A stretch of DNA of 64,000 nt from Alphaproteobacteria bacterium (GCA_965279355.1 OZ257155.1:3881048-3945047), one strand, 5' to 3'. Positions 30,987 through 41,129 are shown, numbered from the stretch's first letter. The notes: generated from the letters alone by a model not told the origin. Numbers and translations are program-made.

Positions 30987-31630
30987 GACTTTGCCCCGAC
31001 ATCTGACTTGGTTTTTTCGAACGATACGGCGCCCGTCAGCATGGCACCGATCAAACGGATGACTTCGGATACGTCACGCTCCGGATTGAAATCCGGCATG
31101 GTGGCGCGGTGGACCATCAGCCCGTCGCCCAGCACATGGATGATCCGGGTGACGGCCTCTATATCCACGGTCGGCGGGATCACTCCCTGCGCCTGCGCGT
31201 GGCGAAAGGCGGACAGCATATTGGTTGTGATCTCGTGGTCGCAGGCTTGCTGCATCTGGGCGAAGGTCTGATTGCGGGTGGCTTCCGACCAGATTTCCAG
31301 GCAGAGCGCCGCCTTTTCGCGGGGATCCTCCTGGAAATGCTTGCGGCCAATGGCGGCAAAGGCCTTCATGAAGTCCTGAGCGCCGCCAAGGCGGACGAAT
31401 TCATCGCGCAGGCGCATGCGGTCGCGTTCGCTGAGGCCGGCGACCATCGCGTCCTTGGAATCGAAATAGCGATAGAGATTGCCCGGGCTCATGCCGGCTT
31501 CGACGGCGATCTCCTGCATCGTGGTGCGGTGAAAGCCCGCGCGGGAGAAGCATTGTTCGGCGGCATTGAGGATCTGTTCGCGGCGGTTCTGCGACAGCTC
31601 ATCGGCCCGCGAGGCGGCGGTAGAGGACAT
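30983..31630 (-). CDS. TetR/AcrR family transcriptional regulator
   Basis: An N-terminal TetR HTH TMQEIAVEAGMSPGNLYRYF. It overlaps the adaptor gene by 4 bp. Confidence 0.85.
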   Translation of the reverse strand: MSSTAASRADELSQNRREQILNAAEQCFSRAGFHRTTMQEIAVEAGMSPGNLYRYFDSKDAMVAGLSERDRMRLRDEFVRLGGAQDFMKAFAAIGRKHFQEDPREKAALCLEIWSEATRNQTFAQMQQACDHEITTNMLSAFRHAQAQGVIPPTVDIEAVTRIIHVLGDGLMVHRATMPDFNPERDVSEVIRLIGAMLTGAVSFEKTKSDVGAKS

Positions 31631-31646
31631 AAGGCAGTGATCCGGT

Positions 31647-31684
31647 GAATGAACGTTCAGTCAGAATAAGAATGAACGTTCATT
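31647..31684. promoter_or_regulatory. Two copies of a TGAACGTTCA palindrome (AATGAACGTTCA): candidate TetR operator pair in the tetR-RND promoter region
   Basis: The sequence gaATGAACGTTCAg occurs at 31647-31660 and AATGAACGTTCATT at 31671-31684. They are 24 bp apart centre to centre and lie directly upstream of tetR. Confidence 0.5.
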
Positions 31685-31734
31685 CAGAGTCAAGCTGGTG
31701 CCTGTGATAATTCACAAGCCTCTGTATTAAATAA

Positions 31735-34700
31735 CTATTCTGCTGCTTGCACGTCAGGGGCAGGGTTGCGGTAGCACGCTAGGAGTGCCTTTTTCCGCTG
31801 TTCAACCCGTTGAAGGTGGGCTGCCTTGACGTGTCCGAAACCGCGAATCTGCTCCGGCAATGAGGCAAGATCGACCGCCAGGGCGTGATTTGCGGGATCG
31901 AGAGTCCGGATCACTTCGTCGACGAGCATTTCGTACTCGGTGATGAGCCGCCGCTCGATGCGGCGCTCTTCCGTACGGCCGAACGGATCGAATGCCGTGC
32001 CGCGCAGGAACTTGAACTTCGCCAGCAGCCGGAACGCGGTCATCATCCAGGGACCGAAGCCGCGCTTCTTAAGGTGGCCCGTCGTCACATCCCGTTCGGC
32101 AGTGACCGGCGGTGCCAGGTGGAATTCTAGTCGCCAGTCGCCCTCAAACTGCACGCGCAGCGTTTTCAGGAAGGCCGGATCGGCATAGAGCCGCGCGACT
32201 TCATATTCGTCCTTGTAGGCGAGCAGCTTGAAATAATATCGCGCCACGGCCTCTGCGATGCCACTCTGCCCCTTGGCGCGCGCCGTTTCGGCATCGACAA
32301 CCCTCCGCACCAATCCTTCGTAGCGGCGCGCATAGGCCGCGTCCTGATAGGCGGTGAGGAACGCGCCGCGCCGCGCGACGATTTCGTCGAAGCTCTGCGA
32401 GAGCTTGCGGGTCAGCGGCACGAGCGCCGGCATTGCGGCGTCCTGGACCGCGGCGGGATCAGCGGCCGCGAGCCGGCCCCAGCGGAAGGCGCGGGTGTTC
32501 ATGTCGACCGAGACCGCATTGATCTCGATGGCGCGTTCGATCGCTTCCGCGGAGACCGGCACCAGACCGCGCTGATAGGCAAAACCGAGCAGGAAGAGAT
32601 TGGTCGCCAGCGAATCGCCGAGGAGCCGTGTCGCGACGTTCGTCGCGTCTATGCGGTCGAGATGTCCGGCTCCGACCGCGTCTTCGAGCGAATGAACCAG
32701 CGCCGCCGACGGCAGTTTGAGATCGGGATCGCGCGTGAATGCGCCGGTGATGGTTTCGAAGCTGTTCACCACCACGCGGCTCTCAGGAGAAAGACGACCC
32801 AGCGCTTCGTCCGCGGCGGCGACAACCAGATCGCAGCCGATCAGCAGGTTGGCGTCGCCGTCGGCGATCCGCATGGCATGGATGTCGTCGGGCTCGTGCG
32901 CGATACGGATATGCGACAGCACAGCGCCGCCTTTCTGCGCGAGGCCGGTCATATCCAGGACCGAGCAGCCCTTGCTCTCCAGATGCGCTGCCATGCCGAG
33001 CAGGGCGCCAATCGTCACCACGCCGGTACCGCCGATGCCGGCGACCAGCACGTTGTAGGGCTGATTGAGCGACGGCAGCGTCGGCTGCGGCAATGCGGCG
33101 AAGCGTCCGCCGTCGTCACGGCCGTGCGCGGCGTCCGGCTTTCGCGGTTTGCCGCCATGCACCGTGACGAAGGACGGGCAGAAGCCGTTGAGGCAGGAGA
33201 AATCCTTGTTGCAACTCGACTGGTCGATCGCCCGCTTGCGGCCGAACTCGGTTTCCACCGGCACGACAGACAGACAGTTTGATTTCACGCTGCAATCGCC
33301 GCAACCCTCGCACACCGCTTCGTTGATGAAGACGCGGCGGTCGGGGTCGGGGAACGTGCCGCGCTTGCGGCGGCGGCGCTTTTCGGCGGCGCAGGTCTGG
33401 TCGTAGACCAGAACGGAGACGCCCTTTACCTCGCGGAGGTCACGCTGGACCGTATCCAGATCGTCGCGGTGATGGATCGTAACGCCCGGTGCAAAACCGA
33501 AATTGGTCGGATATTTGTCGGGTTCATCGCTGACCACGACGATGCGCTTCACACCCTCGGCGGCGACCTGCTGCGTGATCTGCGCCACAGTGAGATGACC
33601 TTCGGGCATCTGGCCGCCGGTCATCGCCACCGCATCGTTGTAGAGAATCTTGTAGGTGATGTTGACGCCCGCTGCGACCGAGGCGCGGATCGTCAGGCTG
33701 CCGGAATGGGTATAGGTGCCGTCGCCGACATTTTGGAAGATGTGCTGTGTCTCGGTGAACGGCGCCTGGCCAATCCATTGCGCGCCTTCGCCGCCCATCT
33801 GGGTGAAGGTGTCGTTGTGGCGCTCCATAAACAGTGCCAGCGTATGGCAACCGATACCGCCCGCGGCGCGGCTGCCGTCCGGCACGCGGGTCGAGGTGTT
33901 GTGCGGACAGCCGGAGCAAAAATAGGGTGGCCGCTTGGCCGTCGGATGCGGGGCCTTGAGCTGTTTTTCCTTGGCATCGAGAAACGCCAAGCGTTCCGCA
34001 ATATGCGGGGTCGAGAAAAACGGTGCGATGCGGTTGGCAATGACCCGCGCGACTTGCGCGGGGGCGAGTTCGCCGGCTGAGGGCAGGATCCATTCGCGCT
34101 GCTCGTCGAACTTGCCAATTACGCGCGGCCGAACATCGGCGCGCCAGTTATAGAGCTGCTCCTTGAGCTGGTTCTCGATCAGCGCGCGTTTCTCTTCGAC
34201 GACCAGAACCTCCTCGAGGCCTTCGGCGAAGTGTCGCGCGCCTTCGCGCTCCAGCGGCCACGGCATGCCGACCTTGTAGAGACGCAGGCCGATCTCGGCG
34301 GCGAGTTTGTCGTCGATTCCGAGATAGTCCAGCGCCTGGCGGACATCGAGATAGGATTTGCCGGTCGTGATGATGCCAAAGCGCGGCCGGGGGCTGTCGA
34401 TGACGATCCGATCGAGCTTGTTGGCGCGCCCAAAGGCGAGGGCCGCGTAAATCTTGTATTTGTGCAGCCGGAATTCCTGCTCGTTCCAGTTATCCGGCCA
34501 CCGGATATGCACGCCGCCTGGCGGTATCTCGAAGTCATTGGGCGTGACGATGGACACACGGTTGGGATCGAGATGCACCGACGCAGACGATTCCACCGTA
34601 TCGGCGACACAGACCATCGATGTCCAGCAGCCGGAATAACGGCTCATCGCGAAGGCGTAGAGACCGTAATCCATGAACTCCTGCACGCCAGCCGGATTGA

Positions 34701-35211
34701 GCACCGGAATCATCGCCGAGGCCATGGCGTGCTCGGACTGATGCGGCAGAGTGGACGACTTTGCGTTGTGATCGTCGCCGAGCAGCGCCAGCACGCCGCC
34801 GTGGCGGCTGGTGCCGGCCATGTTGCCGTGCTTGAACGGATCGCCGGCGCGATCGACGCCAGGACCCTTGCCGTACCAGATGGAGAACACGCCGTCGTAT
34901 TTGGCGCCAGGGAAGATGTTGGTCTGCTGGCTGCCCCAGCATGATGTGGCGGCGATCTCTTCGTTGAGACCGGCGGTGAAGCTGATGTGATGGCGCTTGA
35001 GGAACTTGCTGGCGCGCCAGAGCGTCTGGTCGTAGCCGCCAAGCGGCGAGCCCCGATAGCCGGAAATGAAGCCAGCCGTGTTGAGCCCGGCCGCGAGATC
35101 GCGCTGGCGCTGCATCATCGGCAGCCGCACCAGCGCCTGCGTGCCGGTGAGGAATACGCGCCCGGATTCGAGCTCATATTTGTCGTCGAGGCTGACCGCC
35201 GCTAACGCCAT
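31735..35211 (-). CDS. Indolepyruvate:ferredoxin oxidoreductase family protein (fused alpha/beta)
   Basis: A 1158-aa protein with TPP-binding and 4Fe-4S motifs (CXXCXXC). The start is trimmed to MALAAVS, which has a GGAGGA RBS. Confidence 0.85.
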   Translation of the reverse strand: MALAAVSLDDKYELESGRVFLTGTQALVRLPMMQRQRDLAAGLNTAGFISGYRGSPLGGYDQTLWRASKFLKRHHISFTAGLNEEIAATSCWGSQQTNIFPGAKYDGVFSIWYGKGPGVDRAGDPFKHGNMAGTSRHGGVLALLGDDHNAKSSTLPHQSEHAMASAMIPVLNPAGVQEFMDYGLYAFAMSRYSGCWTSMVCVADTVESSASVHLDPNRVSIVTPNDFEIPPGGVHIRWPDNWNEQEFRLHKYKIYAALAFGRANKLDRIVIDSPRPRFGIITTGKSYLDVRQALDYLGIDDKLAAEIGLRLYKVGMPWPLEREGARHFAEGLEEVLVVEEKRALIENQLKEQLYNWRADVRPRVIGKFDEQREWILPSAGELAPAQVARVIANRIAPFFSTPHIAERLAFLDAKEKQLKAPHPTAKRPPYFCSGCPHNTSTRVPDGSRAAGGIGCHTLALFMERHNDTFTQMGGEGAQWIGQAPFTETQHIFQNVGDGTYTHSGSLTIRASVAAGVNITYKILYNDAVAMTGGQMPEGHLTVAQITQQVAAEGVKRIVVVSDEPDKYPTNFGFAPGVTIHHRDDLDTVQRDLREVKGVSVLVYDQTCAAEKRRRRKRGTFPDPDRRVFINEAVCEGCGDCSVKSNCLSVVPVETEFGRKRAIDQSSCNKDFSCLNGFCPSFVTVHGGKPRKPDAAHGRDDGGRFAALPQPTLPSLNQPYNVLVAGIGGTGVVTIGALLGMAAHLESKGCSVLDMTGLAQKGGAVLSHIRIAHEPDDIHAMRIADGDANLLIGCDLVVAAADEALGRLSPESRVVVNSFETITGAFTRDPDLKLPSAALVHSLEDAVGAGHLDRIDATNVATRLLGDSLATNLFLLGFAYQRGLVPVSAEAIERAIEINAVSVDMNTRAFRWGRLAAADPAAVQDAAMPALVPLTRKLSQSFDEIVARRGAFLTAYQDAAYARRYEGLVRRVVDAETARAKGQSGIAEAVARYYFKLLAYKDEYEVARLYADPAFLKTLRVQFEGDWRLEFHLAPPVTAERDVTTGHLKKRGFGPWMMTAFRLLAKFKFLRGTAFDPFGRTEERRIERRLITEYEMLVDEVIRTLDPANHALAVDLASLPEQIRGFGHVKAAHLQRVEQRKKALLACYRNPAPDVQAAE

Positions 35212-35358
35212 TTGTCCTCCCATTGATTGAACGTAGTGTACTCCCACGCATCGCACAATGCGCAGTGGCATCAATTGGTTAGGCGAAAGAACACCACCGT
35301 CACGCGGCAGCTCCGCGCACGAAGATTGCGATGGGCGGTTAACCGACGAAATTCCGCG

Positions 35359-36258
35359 CTAACGGCGGCGGAAGCGGGCGGTGAGGCTCGGCGGTCCGTC
35401 GCTTGCGACCCGCCCTGACTCCACAAGGTCCAGCAGATGGGCCAGCACCGAATGTGCGGCCGCGCGCTGCAGGCCGGGCGGATAGCCGGCGTACACGCTC
35501 GACACGATGACTGGAATCTCGGTATCGCCCGCATCGAGGCGGTGAAGGATCGAGGCCGTTCGCTCGTTGCGATGCTCGATAAAGGCCTGCACGAACGGCT
35601 TGGGGTCGGGGATCGACGGTCCATGCGTCGGCCAGTAAAGCTGGTCGTTGCGGGTGAGCAGCTTGTCGAGCGATCGCATGTAGTCGCTGAGACTGCCGTC
35701 CGGCGGCGCGATGATGCTGGTCGACCAGCCCATGACATGGTCGCCGGTGAACAGCACCTTTTCTTCTTCCAGTGCGTAGCAGAGGTGATTGGAGGTGTGT
35801 CCGGGTGTGTGGACGGCGGTCAGGTTCCAGCCGTCACCTTTGATCGTTTCGCCGTCACGGACGACATGGTCCGGCACGAACTCGCGATCGCCGCCGGCCT
35901 CCATGCCGGGCGGCAGATCGGCACGCCCCGCGCCATGCTCTCCGAAGCCGTAGGTCCGCGCGCCTGTCGCTTTCTTGATCGGGGCTGCCGCCGGCGAGTG
36001 ATCGCGATGGGTATGGGTGACGACCAGCTTGTCGATCGTCTCGCCGCGCAAGGCCTGCAGCACGGCGTCGATGTGCTCGGCGATCTCCGGACCCGGATCG
36101 ATCACCGCGACCTTGCCGTGTCCGACAATATAGGTGCCGGTGCCGTCGGCGGTGAAGGCGCTCGGGTTGCGCGCGACGATCCGGCGGATCATCGGCGACA
36201 GGGTTTCCGCTACCGCGTATTCGAATTTGAGCTCACGCCGGAAGGGAATTTTCGCCAT
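35359..36258 (-). CDS. MBL-fold metallo-hydrolase
   Basis: It has the THTHRDH and HTPGHT zinc-binding motifs. Confidence 0.75.
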   Translation of the reverse strand: MAKIPFRRELKFEYAVAETLSPMIRRIVARNPSAFTADGTGTYIVGHGKVAVIDPGPEIAEHIDAVLQALRGETIDKLVVTHTHRDHSPAAAPIKKATGARTYGFGEHGAGRADLPPGMEAGGDREFVPDHVVRDGETIKGDGWNLTAVHTPGHTSNHLCYALEEEKVLFTGDHVMGWSTSIIAPPDGSLSDYMRSLDKLLTRNDQLYWPTHGPSIPDPKPFVQAFIEHRNERTASILHRLDAGDTEIPVIVSSVYAGYPPGLQRAAAHSVLAHLLDLVESGRVASDGPPSLTARFRRR

Positions 36259-36260
36259 GG

Positions 36261-37037
36261 CTAGGGCCTCGAGATCCCGGCGCCGACCTGCAGTTCCGTC
36301 ACGTCGTAGCCGACATCAGGCGGAATGCGAAGCGTCGTTCCGGTTTCACTGCGAATGATTTCCGGAATGATGGTGACGACAGGCTCGTTTCGCGCTTTCT
36401 CAAGCGCGTCTGCCACTGTCTCGCTGTGGCGAAGTTTGAGAAGGTTCAGCCGGGTCACAAACACAAGCTTGAACTTGCCCTGGTCGGCGCCAAGGATGGC
36501 GTCTCGCGCCGTGATCCAGAAACTGCCGGTTGCCTCGAAGCCGTCATGCACCGTGATCTGGTCATTGGGGGCCGGCGCCAGAAAGAAATGAGTATCGAAG
36601 CGCTTTGGTTGATCGACCGGCGTGATCCAGTGCGCATAACGGACCAGCAGATCGGTGGCGAGCTGGACCCGCCCGCCGTTCACGAACGTCTCGAAGTTGA
36701 CGGCGCCTGCGTGATTTTTCTGAAGAGTTTTCAGAGCGTCGTGAGACAGCAGGCCTTGTTCTCCACGGGGACGTCCCAGCAGGACGCCGCCTTCTTCGTA
36801 GGTCTCACGAATCGCACTGACGCGATAAACGAGCTCCTGCCGCCCGACAGTGGTCACGGCGCAATGCGGACAAAGTGCTTCGTCCTCGGCGCTGACCTTG
36901 CCGCCCGGAAATACGAGCGCGCCGCCGGCGAACCCGGCCTGATCGCTTCGGGTCTGCATCAGGATTTCGATGCCGCGTGGGCTGTCGCGCAGCAACAGCA
37001 GGGTAGCGGCGGGGATCGGTTTGACCGGGGTTGTCAT
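36261..37037 (-). CDS. NUDIX hydrolase
   Basis: The ORF is trimmed to MTTPVK. It has the Nudix box GGKVSAEDEALCPHCAVTTVGRQELVYRVSAIRETYEEGGV. Its start overlaps the upstream MFS gene's stop in an ATGA. Confidence 0.7.
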   Translation of the reverse strand: MTTPVKPIPAATLLLLRDSPRGIEILMQTRSDQAGFAGGALVFPGGKVSAEDEALCPHCAVTTVGRQELVYRVSAIRETYEEGGVLLGRPRGEQGLLSHDALKTLQKNHAGAVNFETFVNGGRVQLATDLLVRYAHWITPVDQPKRFDTHFFLAPAPNDQITVHDGFEATGSFWITARDAILGADQGKFKLVFVTRLNLLKLRHSETVADALEKARNEPVVTIIPEIIRSETGTTLRIPPDVGYDVTELQVGAGISRP

Positions 37038-38479
37038 AACGTCGCTCGCAGCGGTCGATGCTCCATGAAGAGCAGGCTCAGGAAGCTCAAAAAGTAACTC
37101 ACGGCCACGACGGTGAACATAAGGCTGAACACCGCGGTAACCGCAGGGTCCACGGCACCCGCGGTATGCGTGCCTTCCTTGATGAGCTGGACGATGACGG
37201 GATTGCCGCTGCCGAGGATCAGTGAGCCGAACACAGCGCCGCCAACGGCGGCACCAATCGTGCGGATGAAGTTCAGAGTCGCAATCGCAACACCAAGATG
37301 ACGAGGATCGACGGCGTTCTGCGTCGAGACTGTGCCTATCGGGAACATGACGCCAATGGAAAAGCTGCTGATCGCCAGTAATGCTTCGATGAAGATCAGC
37401 GGCATTGTAACGTAATAGGCAAGTGTAGTCGTCGCGGCGCAACCAATCAGAAGGACGATCGCGCCAAAGCGCTTCGGATTTTCCAGCTTGCCGATAAGTC
37501 GTCCCATCACAACGCCGCCCATCATGGCGCCGAACACCGGACCCATGAGGGCGAGGCCGGCGACACCCGGCGAGAGGCCGACGACGAGCTGGAAGTAGAT
37601 CGGCAGGTAGGCCCCGATGCCGAGGGAAATGAGCATCGTGAAGAAGTTTGACGTTGCGACAGGCGACACAACGCGGTTGCGCAATACGGCCAGCGGCAGG
37701 ATCGGGTTTACGGCGCGCCGCGTGTGCCAGACGAAGACGATCAGGAGGAGCACGGTGACGCCGGCGAGGCCAAGAATTTCAGGTGAGGTCCAGGGATAGC
37801 GTGTTCCGCCCCAGCTCAGCGCGAATAGAAGGGACAGCGTGAAGAGGACGAGCATCACGCTGCCGAAGATATCGAGGTTTTGTGACGTTCGCCGCGACGG
37901 GCGACGGCTGAGCACGCGATTCATCAGATAGATGGCGATGAGGCCAAACGGCAGGTTGATCCAGAAGATCAGGGACCAGTGCGCGTATTGCGCCAATACG
38001 CCGCCGAGGATCGGGCCGCCGACATTGGAGGCTGTGAAGGCTACGGAAAGATAGCCCTGATACTGCCCGCGATCGCGCGGGGCAAAATGATCGCCGATGA
38101 CCGCCTGGCAGAGCGAGATCAGCCCGCCGCCGCCAAGCCCCTGCACGGCGCGTCCGAACGACAACGACAATACACTCTGCGACAGCGCACAAAAAATGGA
38201 GCCGACCATGAACAGGCTGAGCGCCAACAGAAGCATCTGACGGCGGCCATAGATATCGCTGAGCTTGCCGTAGAGCGGCGTTGCGGCAGTGGCGCTCACC
38301 AGATAGGCGGTAATTGTCCAAGGCAGAAATTCGATATCGCCCAGCGCGTGTCCGATGGTGGGAAGCGCCGGTCCGATACTGGACTGCATCATTGAGCCCA
38401 GAAAAAGCGTGAAGACGATTCCGCTGATGATCGACATCCGCTCGGTCTGGGTGAGCGAATGGTCTGTTGCCGAGTTCAT
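37034..38479 (-). CDS. MFS transporter, DHA2/EmrB-like (14 TMS)
   Basis: A 481-aa protein with motif A GKLSDIYGRR and motif C. Confidence 0.8.
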   Translation of the reverse strand: MNSATDHSLTQTERMSIISGIVFTLFLGSMMQSSIGPALPTIGHALGDIEFLPWTITAYLVSATAATPLYGKLSDIYGRRQMLLLALSLFMVGSIFCALSQSVLSLSFGRAVQGLGGGGLISLCQAVIGDHFAPRDRGQYQGYLSVAFTASNVGGPILGGVLAQYAHWSLIFWINLPFGLIAIYLMNRVLSRRPSRRTSQNLDIFGSVMLVLFTLSLLFALSWGGTRYPWTSPEILGLAGVTVLLLIVFVWHTRRAVNPILPLAVLRNRVVSPVATSNFFTMLISLGIGAYLPIYFQLVVGLSPGVAGLALMGPVFGAMMGGVVMGRLIGKLENPKRFGAIVLLIGCAATTTLAYYVTMPLIFIEALLAISSFSIGVMFPIGTVSTQNAVDPRHLGVAIATLNFIRTIGAAVGGAVFGSLILGSGNPVIVQLIKEGTHTAGAVDPAVTAVFSLMFTVVAVSYFLSFLSLLFMEHRPLRATL

Positions 38480-38546
38480 AAGGCGGGGGCGTTCCTAGTG
38501 TTTTGGGGAGGCTATTGGAGCCCGGGAGACCTGTAAAGCTGCGGAC

Positions 38547-39350
38547 TTAACGCTCGCGCGGCCGGGCGCTTTCATGCCAGTGCCGGAGCAGGCGCTGCGA
38601 AAGTTTGTCGAGCACGAAGTAGATCGCGATGCCGGCGATCGAGAGCATCACCAGAGCCGCGAACATTCGCGGAATCTGCAGGCGATAGCCGGATTCCAGG
38701 ATGCGATAGGCGAGACCGGTCTCCTCGCCGCCGGTGCCGGCGACGAACTCGGCGACAACAGCGCCGATCAAAGCGAGGCCGCCGCTGATGCGTAAGCCGG
38801 CCAGAAAATAGGGCAGGGCTGTCGGCATTAGCAGGAAACGCAGGGTCTGCCAGCGAGACGCACGATAGAGCTGGAAGAGATCGCGCAGACCGTGATCGGC
38901 GCTGGCGAGGCCGAGAGTTGTATTCGAGACAATTGGAAAAAAGGCGACGAGCCAGGCACAGATTAGCAGCGACAGAAAGACGTCGTTGGCCCAGATGATG
39001 ATCAGCGGCGCAATCGCGACGATCGGTGTCACCTGCAGAATGATTGCATAGGGCAGGACACTCGCTTCGATCCAGCGCGACTGCGACATCAGGATGGCCA
39101 GCGCTAGGCCCAGTGCCGCTGCGACGAACAGGGCCGCAAACGCGATACGCAACGTTACCCATAGCGAACCCAGCAGGCTTATTCCGTCCGCCCACAGGGT
39201 CTGGAGGATCACCAGCGGCCCCGGCAGGACATAGACCGGTATCTCCTGCAGCCGGACGAGCGCCTCCCAGGCGATCAGCACCAGCAGGCCGAAAGCGGTC
39301 GGCGCCAGCAGACGCGGCAGTCGGCCGAGCGGATCGCGCGCGGCTGCCAT
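38547..39350 (-). CDS. ABC transporter permease (NitT/TauT family)
   Basis: A 267-aa protein with the EAA-like loop of BPD_transp_1. Confidence 0.8.
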   Translation of the reverse strand: MAAARDPLGRLPRLLAPTAFGLLVLIAWEALVRLQEIPVYVLPGPLVILQTLWADGISLLGSLWVTLRIAFAALFVAAALGLALAILMSQSRWIEASVLPYAIILQVTPIVAIAPLIIIWANDVFLSLLICAWLVAFFPIVSNTTLGLASADHGLRDLFQLYRASRWQTLRFLLMPTALPYFLAGLRISGGLALIGAVVAEFVAGTGGEETGLAYRILESGYRLQIPRMFAALVMLSIAGIAIYFVLDKLSQRLLRHWHESARPRER

Positions 39351-40121
39351 CTAGGCCATCGCTCCCGCGAGTTCTTCGGAGACGACGCGGCACATGTCAC
39401 CGAAATCAGGCGTCGTTCGCAGGGATGCATCGCGAACCGGCGGCAATTCGATCGGCAGGTCGCAGGCGATTCGTCCCGGTCGCGCGGTCATCACCACAAC
39501 GCGTCCGGACAAAAAGACGGATTCGAATACGCTATGCGTGACGAACAGCACAGTGAGCTTGCGGTCGCGCCAGATGCGCAGCAGGTCTTCGTTCAGACGG
39601 AAGCGAGTCAGTTCATCAAGCGCGGCAAACGGTTCGTCGAGCAGCAGGATATCAGGCCGTGTTACCAGCGCGCGCGCAATGGAGGCCCGCATCCGCATGC
39701 CGCCGGACAGTTCGCGCGGGTAAGACGGGGCGAAGTCAGAGAGTCCGACCAGCGCCAGCACTTCATCGACGCGCGGCTTTAGATCGTTCGCCGCGACATG
39801 CGCGAGGCGTAGCGGCAGCGCCACGTTCTCGAAGACGCTGGCCCATGGCATCAAGGTCGCGTCCTGAAACACAAACCCGATATTGCCGGGCCGCTGGTCG
39901 CCGCCGGCCCAGCGGATATGGCCGCGGCTGGGTTCGGTCAGATTGGCGATCAGACGCAGCAGGGTGCTTTTGCCGCAGCCGGATGCCCCGAGGATACCGA
40001 CGAATTCGCCGGCCCTTACGGAGAGATTGACGCCGTCGAGTGCCGTTACGCCGTTGGGAAAGCTTTTGCCGACCCCCATCAGTGACAGCAGAGGGTCGCC
40101 GGAAGGCCGCGCGTCAGACAC
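39351..40121 (-). CDS. ABC transporter ATP-binding protein (NitT/TauT family)
   Basis: Walker A GASGCGKST, signature LSGGMRMR and Walker B LLLDEPF. Confidence 0.85.
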   Translation of the reverse strand: MSDARPSGDPLLSLMGVGKSFPNGVTALDGVNLSVRAGEFVGILGASGCGKSTLLRLIANLTEPSRGHIRWAGGDQRPGNIGFVFQDATLMPWASVFENVALPLRLAHVAANDLKPRVDEVLALVGLSDFAPSYPRELSGGMRMRASIARALVTRPDILLLDEPFAALDELTRFRLNEDLLRIWRDRKLTVLFVTHSVFESVFLSGRVVVMTARPGRIACDLPIELPPVRDASLRTTPDFGDMCRVVSEELAGAMA

Positions 40122-41129
40122 CTATTTCTTGAGCTCCAGCCCGTGCTTCTTATTCACGAAGGCGAGTGTATAGGCTTTCTTCCAGTCCATGCTGGCGGGA
40201 TAGAGCCCTTCTTTCGACATGACATCGAAAAAGTCCTTCCAGCGTGCCTCGCTCATCGCGCCGATGCCGAATGCCGTCGAATCACCGGAATCGATCACGC
40301 CGCGTTCGGTGAGTTTGGCCCGGCCGTAGGCGATCAACTCGTCTGTCATTTCCGGGTTGTCTTTCTTGATCAGGGCATTGCCCGGCGATGGATCGCCATA
40401 GGTGTAATTGTACCAGCCTTCGATCGAGGCATTTACGAAGCGTTGCACCAGATTGGGCTTCTCCTGCACCAGCTTCTGCGAGGTCTGGATTATCGCCGCG
40501 TAGCTCGAATAGCCGTAGTCGGCGATGAGATGGACGACCGGCTTGATGCCCTGCTTTTCGATGGTCAGCGGCTCGCTCGACAGATAGCCCTGCTGCGTGG
40601 CGTTACGGTCGGTGAGGAAGGGCGCGACATTGAAATTGTAGGGACGGATCTGGCTGTCGGTGTAGCCGTATTTCGATTTGAGGAAGAGCCACACGCCGGC
40701 GCGCGTGTCAGAACCGATCATGATCGGCTTGCCCTTCAGAGATTCCAGATTGTCGTTGCCGACACCGGCGTGCGAGATCAGAACCTTCGGGTCTTTCTGG
40801 AACATTGCGGCGACCGCAACCATCGGCACGTTTTCGCGCACGAAATTCAGCGAGCCGAAGGAATCCGGCGTCATGTTGAAATCGAGACGGCCGGCGGCAA
40901 GCAGCTGCGCGTGATTGACCTGCGGTCCACCGGGTCGCAACGTCACCTCAAGTCCGTGCTTGCGGTAGATGCCGGCAGCGATGGCCTGGTAAAAGCCGCC
41001 GTGTTCGGCCTGCGCCTTCCAGTCGGTACCAAACGAGACCTTGTCCTGGGCCGCAACGGGGGCGGTGAGCGCGACGGATAGCAGGGTCGCGGCGGTTCCA
41101 ATCCAGCGCATTGGGCGTCTCCCGGTCAA
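40122..41129 (-). CDS. ABC transporter substrate-binding protein (NMT1/THI5-like, SsuA/TauA-type)
   Basis: It has a signal peptide and the NMT1 fold pattern. It is the first gene of the SBP-ATPase-permease operon. Confidence 0.75.
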   Translation of the reverse strand: MTGRRPMRWIGTAATLLSVALTAPVAAQDKVSFGTDWKAQAEHGGFYQAIAAGIYRKHGLEVTLRPGGPQVNHAQLLAAGRLDFNMTPDSFGSLNFVRENVPMVAVAAMFQKDPKVLISHAGVGNDNLESLKGKPIMIGSDTRAGVWLFLKSKYGYTDSQIRPYNFNVAPFLTDRNATQQGYLSSEPLTIEKQGIKPVVHLIADYGYSSYAAIIQTSQKLVQEKPNLVQRFVNASIEGWYNYTYGDPSPGNALIKKDNPEMTDELIAYGRAKLTERGVIDSGDSTAFGIGAMSEARWKDFFDVMSKEGLYPASMDWKKAYTLAFVNKKHGLELKK

